Sequence record: NC_061448.1
Strand: one strand, 5' to 3'
Length of the DNA stretch: 64,000 nucleotides
The notes beneath the pieces were generated by a model. The model saw only the letters and a list, made by a program, of their open reading frames with translations. It searched no databases and was not told where the DNA came from. Both the position numbers and the translations under genes were made by a program. Positions 16,980-26,710 of the stretch are shown in pieces (position 1 is the first letter of the stretch; each line of letters opens with the position of its first letter).

Positions 16980-19508
16980 ATGGCGAAAACGAACAACAAG
17001 GCTGAGAAGAAAGCTGAGAAGAAAGCTAAAGTCAAAGCCTCGAAGTCGAAAGACAAAGCAGTCGCAGCCGATGATATTGGCGGCGTGGAAGTATTAGGCT
17101 TTGACCTCGGCAGTATGATGGACGATGTGCTTGACGGCATCGAAAAGAAAACGAAAGTAAGTTCTGCTGATGCAGCACGACACGCCCCGCGTATCTCTAC
17201 TGGTGTGCTTGCGCTCGACATGTACCTCGACGGCGGTATCGTACCTGGCGGTTGGTATACGTTCAGCGGCGGTGAGCAGTCGTGTAAGTCAACAATGACC
17301 ATGAGTATTATGGCGAGCCTGATTCGCATGAAATACTCTGGCATTAGCGTAGTGTTCGACTACGAAGGTTCGACTGATGCTGAATACGTTGCTGGCCAGC
17401 TCAAAACGTTTGGCGTTAAAGTCGATCCGAAAACAATCTTCGGTGTACGTGACGAAGACGGCTCGTGGATCATCAAGCCGCGTATTCGTTACTACGCACC
17501 AGACAACGGTGAGCGCTTCTTCGATTACATGTCGATGCTGCGTCGTCGTCTGCCTGACAAGATCGTTGAGAAAGACGGCTCCTCGTATTACCTCTTTGAG
17601 AACAACAAAGAGAACGCGAAGAAGCTGGCCGGTAAGTACGACAAGAAGTGGTTCAGTCGTAACAACCAGTTCAAAGTTCCTGCTGCTGATGGCCACATGC
17701 AAGCGGCTGTTATCGTTGACTCCTATCCGGCAATGCTGCCTGATCAGGTAGATGACGATGACGGTTCAAAAGCAATGGCGCTGCAAGCGCGTATGTTCTC
17801 TGACGGCATCAAACGTTTCCGTGGTGGTATGCGTCGTAAGATGATGACCATCGTTGGCGTTAACCAGTTGCGTCAGAAGCCTGCTGTTATGTTCGGTAGC
17901 CCTGAGTATGAGCCGGGTGGTGATGCGTTGAAGTTCTACTGCTTCGACCGTGACACTCTGATTCGTACCGACCACGGCGTGCTGACTGCACCGCAGATCA
18001 AAGAGCTGATGGAAGCTGGCACCGAAGTTCGTGTTGAATCGTTCGACGGTTATCAGAAGATTCAGGGTGCGTGGAAAGTCGAAGACGCTCCGTTCCCAAT
18101 CGAAATGAATGCTGGTGGTCACACGTACATCGGCAGCGCAGAGCACCGTCAGTTCACGTTCATGTACGACTGGACAGCAGAAGGTATGATGGTTCTGCGT
18201 CCTGAGTGGAACACACTCGACCAGCTTGCTAAGTGGCCTGATAAGAAAGGTCAGTATGCAGGTCTGCGTATACCGCCAGTGAAAGAACTGAAACAGAACG
18301 TGCCTGACGCGTTCGACGATGCGAGCCAGCTTGTTCGTAATCTTCTCGGTAACTGCGATCCTGTTAGCGTTCAACTGCCTCTGGCTGTTCACGGTGATGT
18401 TACCTACGCTGCGAACGTACTGACCATTGACACGGTTGGTGAAAGCACTGACGTTGATGACTTCTCGTTCTGGGCTAAGAAGCTGCTGGACATTGGTGTG
18501 TTTGCTTACGCTGATGAAAACGGTCTGCACATTCCCGGCCTGAACAAATACGAACTGACGCAAGCCGTAGAGCAATACGCTGAGGGCGAGTTCGTTGGTC
18601 TGTCATTCGATGCCACCAGCCGTCAACGTCAAACGCAGATGTTGACTGTTATCGCTGATGTGTTCCCTGAACTGACTCGTTATGTTCTGGACTATCAGTT
18701 GCAGACAGGTGATGATAAAGTCTATCTGGCGCCTGAGCATGACTTCGCACAAGCTCTCGACCTGATTCTGCATAAGCAGATTGAAGGTTACGATGACATG
18801 TATGACCTGCTGATGACTCAGCTTGCCTACGTTGAAGACTGGTTCAACTTCGACAACTCGATTCTGCCTGTGCCGTTCACGTTGAAAGCGCTCGACAAGC
18901 CTGTTGAGTTCTGGGACGTGAACGTTGACGAAACCTCTGTGGTAATCACTAACGGCTTCGTATCGCATAACAGTGACGTGCGTGTTCGTCTGGCTTCTCG
19001 TGCAGTGCCTGAGGGTTGGCCGAAACTCAAAGACGCGCCGGGCGTTGTCGGTGAGAAGTCTGTTACTGTCGAAGGTGGTACTGACCGCTATCGTTTCATC
19101 GCTGCTAAGACCATCAAGAACAAGATGGGTGGCATCCCGAACCAGAGCACTTGGTTGCGTCTGTGGGAAGCTGACGGTAATGGTGAAGCGCGTGGCTTCG
19201 ACCCAGTGTTCGATACGTGGCACTACCTGAAAGTTCTCGGCCTGATCAACGGCACACGTAAGAACTTCAAGATCAAAGCGCCTTGCCCTCTGGCTTCCGA
19301 AGTCAAGATGGACTGGGATGACTTCCGTACTCTTATCAACGGCAGCAAAGAACAAGTTGTCGGCGTGTGTAAGAAACTGAAAGTCAAACCTGCTGGTCTG
19401 CGTCTGTGGTGCTTCAAGTTCGTGCAGTCTGCGAAAGGCAAAGAAATGTTGAAAGCGTCTATCAGTAAGTCTGCGAAGTCTTCTGATGATGACGGTGACG
19501 ACGATTAA
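16980..19508 (+). CDS. recA: RecA/UvsX recombinase precursor with intein
   Basis: ISTGVLALD, GGEQSCKST (Walker A), VIVDSYPA, VNQLRQKPAVMFGSPEYEPGGDALKFY. Confidence 0.92.
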   Translation: MAKTNNKAEKKAEKKAKVKASKSKDKAVAADDIGGVEVLGFDLGSMMDDVLDGIEKKTKVSSADAARHAPRISTGVLALDMYLDGGIVPGGWYTFSGGEQSCKSTMTMSIMASLIRMKYSGISVVFDYEGSTDAEYVAGQLKTFGVKVDPKTIFGVRDEDGSWIIKPRIRYYAPDNGERFFDYMSMLRRRLPDKIVEKDGSSYYLFENNKENAKKLAGKYDKKWFSRNNQFKVPAADGHMQAAVIVDSYPAMLPDQVDDDDGSKAMALQARMFSDGIKRFRGGMRRKMMTIVGVNQLRQKPAVMFGSPEYEPGGDALKFYCFDRDTLIRTDHGVLTAPQIKELMEAGTEVRVESFDGYQKIQGAWKVEDAPFPIEMNAGGHTYIGSAEHRQFTFMYDWTAEGMMVLRPEWNTLDQLAKWPDKKGQYAGLRIPPVKELKQNVPDAFDDASQLVRNLLGNCDPVSVQLPLAVHGDVTYAANVLTIDTVGESTDVDDFSFWAKKLLDIGVFAYADENGLHIPGLNKYELTQAVEQYAEGEFVGLSFDATSRQRQTQMLTVIADVFPELTRYVLDYQLQTGDDKVYLAPEHDFAQALDLILHKQIEGYDDMYDLLMTQLAYVEDWFNFDNSILPVPFTLKALDKPVEFWDVNVDETSVVITNGFVSHNSDVRVRLASRAVPEGWPKLKDAPGVVGEKSVTVEGGTDRYRFIAAKTIKNKMGGIPNQSTWLRLWEADGNGEARGFDPVFDTWHYLKVLGLINGTRKNFKIKAPCPLASEVKMDWDDFRTLINGSKEQVVGVCKKLKVKPAGLRLWCFKFVQSAKGKEMLKASISKSAKSSDDDGDDD
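17940..18971 (+). mobile_element. intein, 344 aa, probably with a degenerate LAGLIDADG domain
   Basis: Begins CFDRDTLI after ALKFY; block B-like SAEHR; ends WDVNV...NGFVSHN followed by Ser. Confidence 0.9.
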
Positions 19509-19515
19509 TAAATTC

Positions 19516-19539
19516 GGGAGGGCTTCGGCTCTCCCTTTT
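19516..19539 (+). terminator. intrinsic terminator
   Basis: GGGAGGGC-TTCG-GCTCTCCC-TTTT. Confidence 0.85.
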
Positions 19540-19557
19540 CCCGTGTAAGGAGAACCA

Positions 19558-19980
19558 ATGCGTACTCAAATCTTTACTGCTGATATTGTCAATCTCGAAA
19601 CCGTAACTGTCAACGAAGAAGACGGTTCAGAGATTCGTACACCGACAATCGTGCCTAACGTTGAAGGCGAAATGACTGTTGGTGTTAACGAGCTGGTGGG
19701 TCTGTCGAATGGCATTACCGAGCATCCTGACTCTGACTGCCGCCTGATCGTTATCGTGTCGCCTGATGCAACGCCTGTGTTCTACGACGATGCACTGGCG
19801 AACTACTTCGATCCAATCGAGCGCGTAGCTGATATTGAAGCTGGCAACATCGGTAGCATTGTCGGTATGCAGGTCATTCGTGGTCTGCAAGCAGAACATC
19901 CTTACGTTGCAGTTGTCGAAGTGCGTGACGCTGATACCGTAGAGATTCTGCGTTACAACGCGTCTGTAGTGAAACTGTAA
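19558..19980 (+). CDS. hypothetical acidic protein
   Basis: AAGGAG RBS. Confidence 0.75.
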   Translation: MRTQIFTADIVNLETVTVNEEDGSEIRTPTIVPNVEGEMTVGVNELVGLSNGITEHPDSDCRLIVIVSPDATPVFYDDALANYFDPIERVADIEAGNIGSIVGMQVIRGLQAEHPYVAVVEVRDADTVEILRYNASVVKL

Positions 19981-19986
19981 ATATCA

Positions 19987-20007
19987 AGTGGGAGGCATAC
20001 TCCCACT
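19987..20007 (+). terminator. hairpin, possible terminator
   Basis: AGTGGGAG-GCATA-CTCCCACT; poor U-tract. Confidence 0.45.
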
Positions 20008-20018
20008 ATCTCTCGCTT

Positions 20019-20069
20019 GATAGGCAATGCGCCACAAGCAAACAACCTAACTCGATAGGCAATGCGCCA
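20019..20069 (+). repeat. 16-bp direct repeat GATAGGCAATGCGCCA x2
   Basis: Copies at 20019-20034 and 20054-20069. Confidence 0.85.
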
Positions 20070-20079
20070 GGAGTGATTT

Positions 20080-20781
20080 ATGAAAAAGATTCAGACCAAC
20101 TTTATACCGACCGAAGCACTGCATGGTCTTATTCACGGTTACGCTCGTCAGGCTAAACTGCCAGATGCTGCGAGCAAGACGTTGTTCTACGTTGACGTCA
20201 CCGAACGTGGTGCTAACGATGCACTGTACTCTATTCTTCGCCGTGAGATTCCATCAAACATCGTCGGTACTGCATACGATTCCATTGTTAGTTTCCGTGG
20301 ACACACAGCACCTGCCCAACTTCCTATCGTGCTGTCTGAAAGTTTATTCCACATAAGTTTAGAGAGACTCTCTAGTTCTCTGGCTGGCATCTTTGATGCT
20401 CTTGGTCGCACCGTGCATACGAACGACACGCAGATCACTATCTATGGTGAACCTGCGATTGAGAAACTTCTGGCGGTTGTCCGAGACACTCAGTTTAAGA
20501 GCTTCTTGGACGTATGTAATCCGGAACTCGCCTGTGGTGACTTCGACCTACAGTCTAATATCACTGTAGACAACTTTGTGTCTATGGCAATCGACCCTGA
20601 CTTTGAAAAGCGCATTCAGGAAATGCCTGCAACAACGTACACGTTTGGCCGTGACTTCATGTTCATGCACTATGAAGACCTGCACAAAGTCATCCAGATG
20701 CTACGTAGATATAAAAAGAATTGTACGCTGCATCCAGACTTAATGCGCTATTACTTCATGAACGTAATCTGTAAATACTGA
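20080..20781 (+). CDS. hypothetical protein
   Basis: AGGAG RBS. Confidence 0.75.
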   Translation: MKKIQTNFIPTEALHGLIHGYARQAKLPDAASKTLFYVDVTERGANDALYSILRREIPSNIVGTAYDSIVSFRGHTAPAQLPIVLSESLFHISLERLSSSLAGIFDALGRTVHTNDTQITIYGEPAIEKLLAVVRDTQFKSFLDVCNPELACGDFDLQSNITVDNFVSMAIDPDFEKRIQEMPATTYTFGRDFMFMHYEDLHKVIQMLRRYKKNCTLHPDLMRYYFMNVICKY

Positions 20782-20828
20782 TCAACAACCGAACACATTG
20801 CTGTGTGTAGTCTTTGCCTATTTGGGCA

Positions 20829-20861
20829 GGGGAGAGCCGGATGGCCTCCCCATTTTTTTTT
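20829..20861 (+). terminator. intrinsic terminator
   Basis: GGGGAGAGCC-GGAT-GGCCTCCCC followed by A and a T-run. Confidence 0.8.
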
Positions 20862-20884
20862 GTCTGCACCAGTAGGAGATCAGT

Positions 20885-21877
20885 ATGTCTAAATCAACAC
20901 CTCAAACGTTTCTCGATCTATTCCTGAAAGACGTTAGAAAGTTTCTGCCTATGTTCGACAAAGGCCTCGACGCACACTTCTTAAAGTGCAAAGGCAAGCC
21001 TGGTCAGTCTGGTGTGTCGTTGCATCAATATCTCAAGTGGTTGAGTCCTATCGCCAAGCCACCAGAAGACGCGAGCAAACTCGCCGTAGTCATCTCTGGG
21101 TATCTGCATTACTTCTGGCAGTTGTCTAAACCAAACTTCGTGTTTGAGCCGGTGCTGATGAATCACATGGCCGATTCGGAATTGCCTGAAACGATACCTG
21201 CTGAGATACTGCAACGCCTTCCGTATTGGTGTCAGTGGATAACGCTGCCTATTAATCTTGCGACTGCTGAGAACACACTGCGGTTAGATTTTGATGGGGC
21301 CTTCGTAGGCTATACCGAGATCGAAAGACGACCTGCGCTTGTTCTCGTCGCACCTTTTGTTTCTTCTGATGATAGCATCAAAACGAATGGCTTCACACCT
21401 TCGGTAACATCTTACGTCTATCTGGATGAACCTGTTAATCACCTTTCGTTTGTGAAGAACAGCCATCTACTCAACGTCAGTGGCCGAATGCCTGATGTGT
21501 TCTTTCGTGAACTGATGTTTGGTGCGTATCACTACATAACCAAGATTGTTAACTGCGTCATGTATATCTGCTCGCAGCAGCACGCGTTGTACCAAGAAGG
21601 TCACGCTCAACCTAAGCCGCAACGTTTAGGCAAAAGCTATCGCATCACACCTCCGAAAACTGATCGCAGGATCACGGTGGGTGCTGAGATGACCAAGATT
21701 CTCAAAGACTTCGAAGCAGAAGTCGAAGCGTGTACTCGCGCTTTCAATGGGCGTAAGCCGCATATACGGAAAGCGCATTACCATCACTTCTGGACAGGAC
21801 CGAGAGTAGGTGTTCGTAGCCTTGTCTGCAAGTGGTTGCCACCAAGTATTGTTCGCGGCTCTGTCGTAGAACAATAA
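20885..21877 (+). CDS. hypothetical protein with C-terminal PHIRKAHYHHFWTGP motif
   Basis: AGGAG RBS; His-rich motif. Confidence 0.75.
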   Translation: MSKSTPQTFLDLFLKDVRKFLPMFDKGLDAHFLKCKGKPGQSGVSLHQYLKWLSPIAKPPEDASKLAVVISGYLHYFWQLSKPNFVFEPVLMNHMADSELPETIPAEILQRLPYWCQWITLPINLATAENTLRLDFDGAFVGYTEIERRPALVLVAPFVSSDDSIKTNGFTPSVTSYVYLDEPVNHLSFVKNSHLLNVSGRMPDVFFRELMFGAYHYITKIVNCVMYICSQQHALYQEGHAQPKPQRLGKSYRITPPKTDRRITVGAEMTKILKDFEAEVEACTRAFNGRKPHIRKAHYHHFWTGPRVGVRSLVCKWLPPSIVRGSVVEQ

Positions 21878-21922
21878 CTTTTATCTCAACTCCATGTATG
21901 GGCGTTATGCCCGGAGGCTATT

Positions 21923-22690
21923 ATGAAATCTCGTGTACAACATGCGTATATCCCTGATATGGGATCGTTTGACCCTTACGTCCGTTCTCTGTGTCATATG
22001 GCGCGAGCATTGGAAAACAACGGTCTGAACTACGGTAAGCTGAAACCTGTCGTGATCATCGGCACTTCGAAACGTGTAGTTGAGGCCTACGTTAAGCAGT
22101 TACTCAACACAAACAATTTGCCGAACACTCTTATTTGCTTTGGTGTAGACGAACCACCTATCAGCCATCGGGATTATACCTACGCTGGCTCCCACGTTGT
22201 GCTCATGCACGATCTAACGTATGTGGACAACGGTACAATGAACAAGGTTGCCACACGCGTTCTCGAAATCATCGACAGCCTGAAACAGAAAGAGGGCGAT
22301 ACTGACCTAAAAAATAGTGAGCTGTCTTTGGTGTACTCGAACCCACACTTATGGTCTGCTATTCTTGATTACGGCGCTGCTTCATTTATGAACATGTCTG
22401 GACGTAATATCGAATACCGCAGTGGCTTGGTTTCATCGGTAGGACTCGACGCACTGATGAAGTGCGAAAGCAATCAAGAATACCACGACCTTCGCGCAGA
22501 AACTATTACGATCGGCCTGGAGTTCTTCTGCATACGCACAGACTACCTGCTGACCAAAGTGCATAACTTGTTGTGGTCGCTCGCGTGTGATGACTGCAAG
22601 TTCAAAAAGAACCATCGCGTCATCTTCCATGAAGACTTCCGTCGCTTATTCTTTGAGGAATACATCCTAAGGGACTTCAAGGGCTTTTAA
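21923..22690 (+). CDS. hypothetical protein
   Basis: GGAGG RBS. Confidence 0.75.
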   Translation: MKSRVQHAYIPDMGSFDPYVRSLCHMARALENNGLNYGKLKPVVIIGTSKRVVEAYVKQLLNTNNLPNTLICFGVDEPPISHRDYTYAGSHVVLMHDLTYVDNGTMNKVATRVLEIIDSLKQKEGDTDLKNSELSLVYSNPHLWSAILDYGAASFMNMSGRNIEYRSGLVSSVGLDALMKCESNQEYHDLRAETITIGLEFFCIRTDYLLTKVHNLLWSLACDDCKFKKNHRVIFHEDFRRLFFEEYILRDFKGF

Positions 22691-22763
22691 GAATATTCTT
22701 AGCCTGCTCTCTAATTTCTATATGTTGGCAAGTAGTGCTGACGTATCGTTATTGGAGAATAAC

Positions 22764-23024
22764 ATGTGCGGACGTAGCCTAATACGGTTGAAGTACAACG
22801 CACGGTCCTCGAACTGGTGCAATAATAAAGTAAACGCTTGTAGTGAGCGGAAGGCGAAGAATGTCCAGTGCGAACAATTCTTGGAAGCAACCAAAGATTG
22901 TCGCTCGGAGCAGAAGTCGTCAAGTGTAGTCTCTTTCTTCCGAGGTCATGAGCTGGTGGGTCAGGCGATATGGCATGAGATAGAGGGTGACAACACACTT
23001 CAATTCCGGTTGCTACTTGCTTAA
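22764..23024 (+). CDS. hypothetical protein, uncertain
   Basis: GGAG RBS before ATG 22764 and stop just before a terminator, but atypical codons. Confidence 0.4.
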   Translation: MCGRSLIRLKYNARSSNWCNNKVNACSERKAKNVQCEQFLEATKDCRSEQKSSSVVSFFRGHELVGQAIWHEIEGDNTLQFRLLLA

Positions 23025-23028
23025 CGAT

Positions 23029-23063
23029 AAAAGGGCTTTCAGAGAACATCTGATGGCCCTTTT
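23029..23063. terminator. bidirectional-looking terminator
   Basis: AAAAGGGC...GCCCTTTT. Confidence 0.65.
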
Positions 23064-23122
23064 CTTATTCTAACGCTAATTTTGACCTGTCAATAAACAC
23101 AAACCGAACTCGGGGTACTCAC

Positions 23123-24760
23123 ATGTCTTTGATTAAAATTCAAGGCGTAGCATCCACCTCTGCTCCTTCCAAAGCGCAGAAAGATGCCGCCGTATATATG
23201 TTTGGCTCTAAGGGCCATTCGATTGTCGCAGTGCTCGACAAGTTCAGTCGTGCAAAAGAACTGCGTACCGCACATCTCGATGGTCTGCTCAAGCTGATGA
23301 AAGACGGTGAAGATGACGAGATCATCAAGTTCACCGCATCTGCTGCCGGTAAGAAATCCCTCGCTGCTGCTAAAGCGTTTGCTGTTGCGAAAACCCTGAC
23401 TGCTTCCATCAAAGCGCTGAAACTGATTCGCGTCCCTGTTAAGTGGATCGAAGGTCACTCTGATGTTGCTGCGGCTCGCGCTCAGGAAACAAAAGAGATT
23501 CGCGCACGTCGTACTGCTGGCAACAAACCTGAGAAGCCGATTAAGCTCGACAACCCAGGCGCACCTGAATCTACCACCGTAGACAACAAAGTAATCGACG
23601 CGAAGAAAGGCTCTGCTACGCCTGCTACTGATGATGTGAGCGTCATTTCGAACGTGGTGTACAACAAGTCTGTTGGCGTTAATTCGATTGTAATTAATCG
23701 AATCTTCAAAGGACGTCAAGTCACCAACTCTCTGATGTTTAGAAAAGGTGTTGGCGATCAGGCTTCTCAACTGGGCTTGTCTTCTCACGGTGATGGCCAC
23801 GAACAGGGTGCTGGCCTGTTGCGAGATGCGTTCAAGGCTACTGGTGTCAAGCCTGTTTGGTACTTAGCTGATGCTGGCGATGCTGCTTTCGATCTTGGCG
23901 ATGCTGCAAACGTAACCAAGGTGTTTAATTGGTTGAAAGCACGAAAAGTCGGCATGACTTTTGATGCAAAAGCGAAGTTACCTAAATCAGGTAAAGTACC
24001 TGCTGGCGCATCGAGAATTGTTCGAAATAATATCGGCGCTGCGCGTGTTCCATCTAAAGAAGAAATCAACACAATGACCTTTGACTTTGTTAAAGGTAAG
24101 AGCACAGGTAAAGATTCCGTAGAACTGACATTCAAACAGCCCGCGAACGGTCATGAGTGGATGCTGCATCTCTCACGTCAGAATGACTTCATTGCAAGTG
24201 AGCATGACGGTTCTTCCGGCTATCAAACCGCAGAATCGTTCCTGCAACGCGGTGTTGCCGCTATCGGTGGTTCTCTTGTGTGGCAACACCAACAGCCAGG
24301 CAGCGCGAGCTTCAAATTTGCAAGCGAAGATCAGGCTAAACAGTTTATGTCGTGGGTTAAAAAGCAGAAGACCCAAACAATTAACTATAAAACCGAGCCA
24401 AAACTTACAGTGACTAAAACTGCGGGTCACGTACCGACCAACAAGTCCGACATTACGCTGGTGGATGAACTGGCCGAAGTGACCGCACGTAAGATCGCCG
24501 CTAAACCGCTACAGGCGCGTGAAGAATATTTCAATGCGCTGCGTAATGTGTTGCAGAAAAATCTGCCGAACACTGTTGTGTCTACTGTGTCTAACGGCGT
24601 CACTGTTGTTGGTAAACGTGACTACGTTGTTTATCTCGACAACAATACGTGGAACATCAAAGTCGGTGTTACTGGCAAGCCTAAGAAGATTGGTGCAACG
24701 TTCGATGTTGTCGATCTGCTGGGTATGCTTGACAAGAGCATTCTGCGTCCTAAAGCATAA
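23123..24760 (+). CDS. Lys/Ala-rich probable virion or internal head protein
   Basis: 545-aa ORF with late-gene-like composition. Confidence 0.65.
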   Translation: MSLIKIQGVASTSAPSKAQKDAAVYMFGSKGHSIVAVLDKFSRAKELRTAHLDGLLKLMKDGEDDEIIKFTASAAGKKSLAAAKAFAVAKTLTASIKALKLIRVPVKWIEGHSDVAAARAQETKEIRARRTAGNKPEKPIKLDNPGAPESTTVDNKVIDAKKGSATPATDDVSVISNVVYNKSVGVNSIVINRIFKGRQVTNSLMFRKGVGDQASQLGLSSHGDGHEQGAGLLRDAFKATGVKPVWYLADAGDAAFDLGDAANVTKVFNWLKARKVGMTFDAKAKLPKSGKVPAGASRIVRNNIGAARVPSKEEINTMTFDFVKGKSTGKDSVELTFKQPANGHEWMLHLSRQNDFIASEHDGSSGYQTAESFLQRGVAAIGGSLVWQHQQPGSASFKFASEDQAKQFMSWVKKQKTQTINYKTEPKLTVTKTAGHVPTNKSDITLVDELAEVTARKIAAKPLQAREEYFNALRNVLQKNLPNTVVSTVSNGVTVVGKRDYVVYLDNNTWNIKVGVTGKPKKIGATFDVVDLLGMLDKSILRPKA

Positions 24761-24762
24761 TC

Positions 24763-24790
24763 AAAGGGGTGGCTTCGGCTGCCCTTTTTT
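24763..24790 (+). terminator. intrinsic terminator at the core/early region boundary
   Basis: AAAGGGGTGGC-TTCG-GCTGCCCTTTTTT. Confidence 0.85.
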
Positions 24791-24869
24791 ACGTCTAAAT
24801 GCCCTGAATTTCACTTAACTCAAATCGAGACTTAACTCAAACTCAGACGCCCTACGATCTGCGAAGTCT

Positions 24870-24923
24870 GCAAATAACTGGACAAAATAGCTCTTTATAT
24901 ACACACGCGACCTATGATACAAT
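24870..24923 (+). promoter_or_regulatory. early promoter P1: TGGACA box + extended -10
   Basis: GCAAATAACTGGACA, 33 bp, TGaTACAAT. Confidence 0.8.
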
Positions 24924-24976
24924 ATATGCAGACGCTGCATGTCGTAGCGCATACAACTACTGCCAAGGGGCATACA

Positions 24977-25675
24977 ATGAAAGCAGCAAACTTTGATAAA
25001 GCATTCAACGCGAAAGACGAAGCAATTCTGAACGCATACGCAGACAAAATTGTTGCGGCGCTTAACGAACTGGAACGTTACGACCTGAAGATTCAAATCA
25101 TCTTTGGTACCGACCCGTACAGCGAGTGCCCTGACTTCGTTAACGACCCGAACGGTTTTCGTGTCACACAGAACGGCGAAGAAATTTTTGATATTTACAC
25201 GCCGACTGAAAAACAAGTTGAAGGTGATTCGTCTGATGTTTTCATCTACGCATCGATCACTGGCGTCGAAGCCGCGAAGTGGGGCAAGGACGTTTCTGAT
25301 AATGACGTCGAAGAAATTGCCGCTGACCTGAACGAAGAAATCGAACGTGCTGCCCGCGTGTTCAATGAATCTGATCGCCCGATGCTGCAACAACTCGCAG
25401 ACGACCTGAACGCGAAAATGAAACGTACCGACGCTCGCGTGATCGTTACTAACGGTGCCGAAGACAATTTGATTGTTATGGTCGTGGGTTATGAAGACGG
25501 TGAAGTCAGCGACGAGTATGGTTTCTTCTTAGACCTGCCTTACACTGACGAAGCGGGCGAAGACGAGAATTACGTTCTGCACTATGCGGGTTACCCTGAT
25601 ATGAACGACTACACGTTCCGCACTGTTGACCTCGGCCAGCTCTCTGCTGCAATCGAAGAACTCGACCTGCTGTAA
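24977..25675 (+). CDS. highly acidic early protein
   Basis: AAGGGG RBS before ATG 24977; first gene after P1. Confidence 0.8.
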   Translation: MKAANFDKAFNAKDEAILNAYADKIVAALNELERYDLKIQIIFGTDPYSECPDFVNDPNGFRVTQNGEEIFDIYTPTEKQVEGDSSDVFIYASITGVEAAKWGKDVSDNDVEEIAADLNEEIERAARVFNESDRPMLQQLADDLNAKMKRTDARVIVTNGAEDNLIVMVVGYEDGEVSDEYGFFLDLPYTDEAGEDENYVLHYAGYPDMNDYTFRTVDLGQLSAAIEELDLL

Positions 25676-25690
25676 TCGCTAACTAACAAT

Positions 25691-25743
25691 GACTGCGGGG
25701 TTACGGCCCCGCCTACTTACTTCTATAGAGAGACACGACCATG
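25691..25743 (+). repeat. leader element copy 1 (hairpin + GAGAGACACGAC RBS)
   Basis: Homologous to 27261-27314 with a compensatory stem change. Confidence 0.75.
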
Positions 25744-26361
25744 ACTATGCACATCACTACTTTCTTTGTTAAACGTTCTTACGCTTCTCTGGCTGCTGGT
25801 TCATTCACTATTGCTTCTAAGCAAGTGCAAGAGCTGGTGGAGTCTGAGGTATTCATCGTGTATGCGAACACGGGCTTAGGCAACGCATTCGCTGTACGCA
25901 ACATCACCCTGACGCCTGTTGATGAAGCAAACGTGCGTGTTGAGTTCGACCCACTGACCGATGTTCACGCAATGCCACCGTCAGTGTTGCCTAAAGAAAG
26001 TCTGACTGAAAGCACACAGCAATATCTCATGTGCCCTGACGACGTGGCCGCTGCCCCGCGCTTCTGCGTATCTAACCACGCATCTGGCAACGAGCCGAAC
26101 ATGTTGAGCCTGAACCATGACGTGCGCGAGCGTCTGATTCAATATAAGGGCGGCATGATCAGCCTGACAGAGCTGGTGCTTGTGCTGCATGATCAAGATA
26201 TTTCAGTGACCGATATCCACCAGCATCGTCGCAATAAAGAGAAGTATGTTGCGCAGATCACAGAACGCACCTCACACGTTATCGAACTGTCGAAAGACAA
26301 CGGCGTTAAGCAGCACGACACAGACTTCCCGTTGCTTGCTCGCCTGAACGTGTATCTCTAA
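25741..26361 (+). CDS. hypothetical protein
   Basis: ORF track. Confidence 0.75.
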   Translation: MTMHITTFFVKRSYASLAAGSFTIASKQVQELVESEVFIVYANTGLGNAFAVRNITLTPVDEANVRVEFDPLTDVHAMPPSVLPKESLTESTQQYLMCPDDVAAAPRFCVSNHASGNEPNMLSLNHDVRERLIQYKGGMISLTELVLVLHDQDISVTDIHQHRRNKEKYVAQITERTSHVIELSKDNGVKQHDTDFPLLARLNVYL

Positions 26362-26364
26362 TCA

Positions 26365-26417
26365 GCACAAATCTGGACAAAATCGCCGTTGAGTTTAGGC
26401 GCTCAATGGCGTACTAT
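26365..26417 (+). promoter_or_regulatory. early promoter P2
   Basis: GCACAAATCTGGACA, 32 bp, TACTAT; also TTGAGT-17-TACTAT; inverted repeat CGCCGTTGAG/CTCAATGGCG. Confidence 0.75.
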
Positions 26418-26464
26418 GTAATCTCTAGCGCAATGACGCGCTCAATCAAGAAAGAGGCAATATC

Positions 26465-26710
26465 ATGTCAGAGAAACAAATCACACTCGACCTTATCGCG
26501 GACGTAGCATCGCCAACTGAAATCATCTTTGAAGATGGTGAGTCTTCTAACGACTGGCTCGCGCCGTATGATCTGCGCCTGACAGTGACGCAGCATGTAG
26601 GCCCGAACGGCTATCCCGAAGTTGCAATCATCGGCCACGAAGATGATCTGCGTCGCTTCTTGGCTGAGAAGCTGCCTGACACTGACGCCGAACTCGAAGA
26701 CGTGCGTTAA
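26465..26710 (+). CDS. small acidic protein
   Basis: GAGG RBS; first gene after P2. Confidence 0.75.
   Translation: MSEKQITLDLIADVASPTEIIFEDGESSNDWLAPYDLRLTVTQHVGPNGYPEVAIIGHEDDLRRFLAEKLPDTDAELEDVR

Noticed and set aside
2604-23082. CTAATTT as a third promoter motif (2611-2605 minus, 22711, 23076)
   Set aside because: Only three copies of a 7-mer AT-rich word with inconsistent distance to start codons; not distinguishable from chance by eye.
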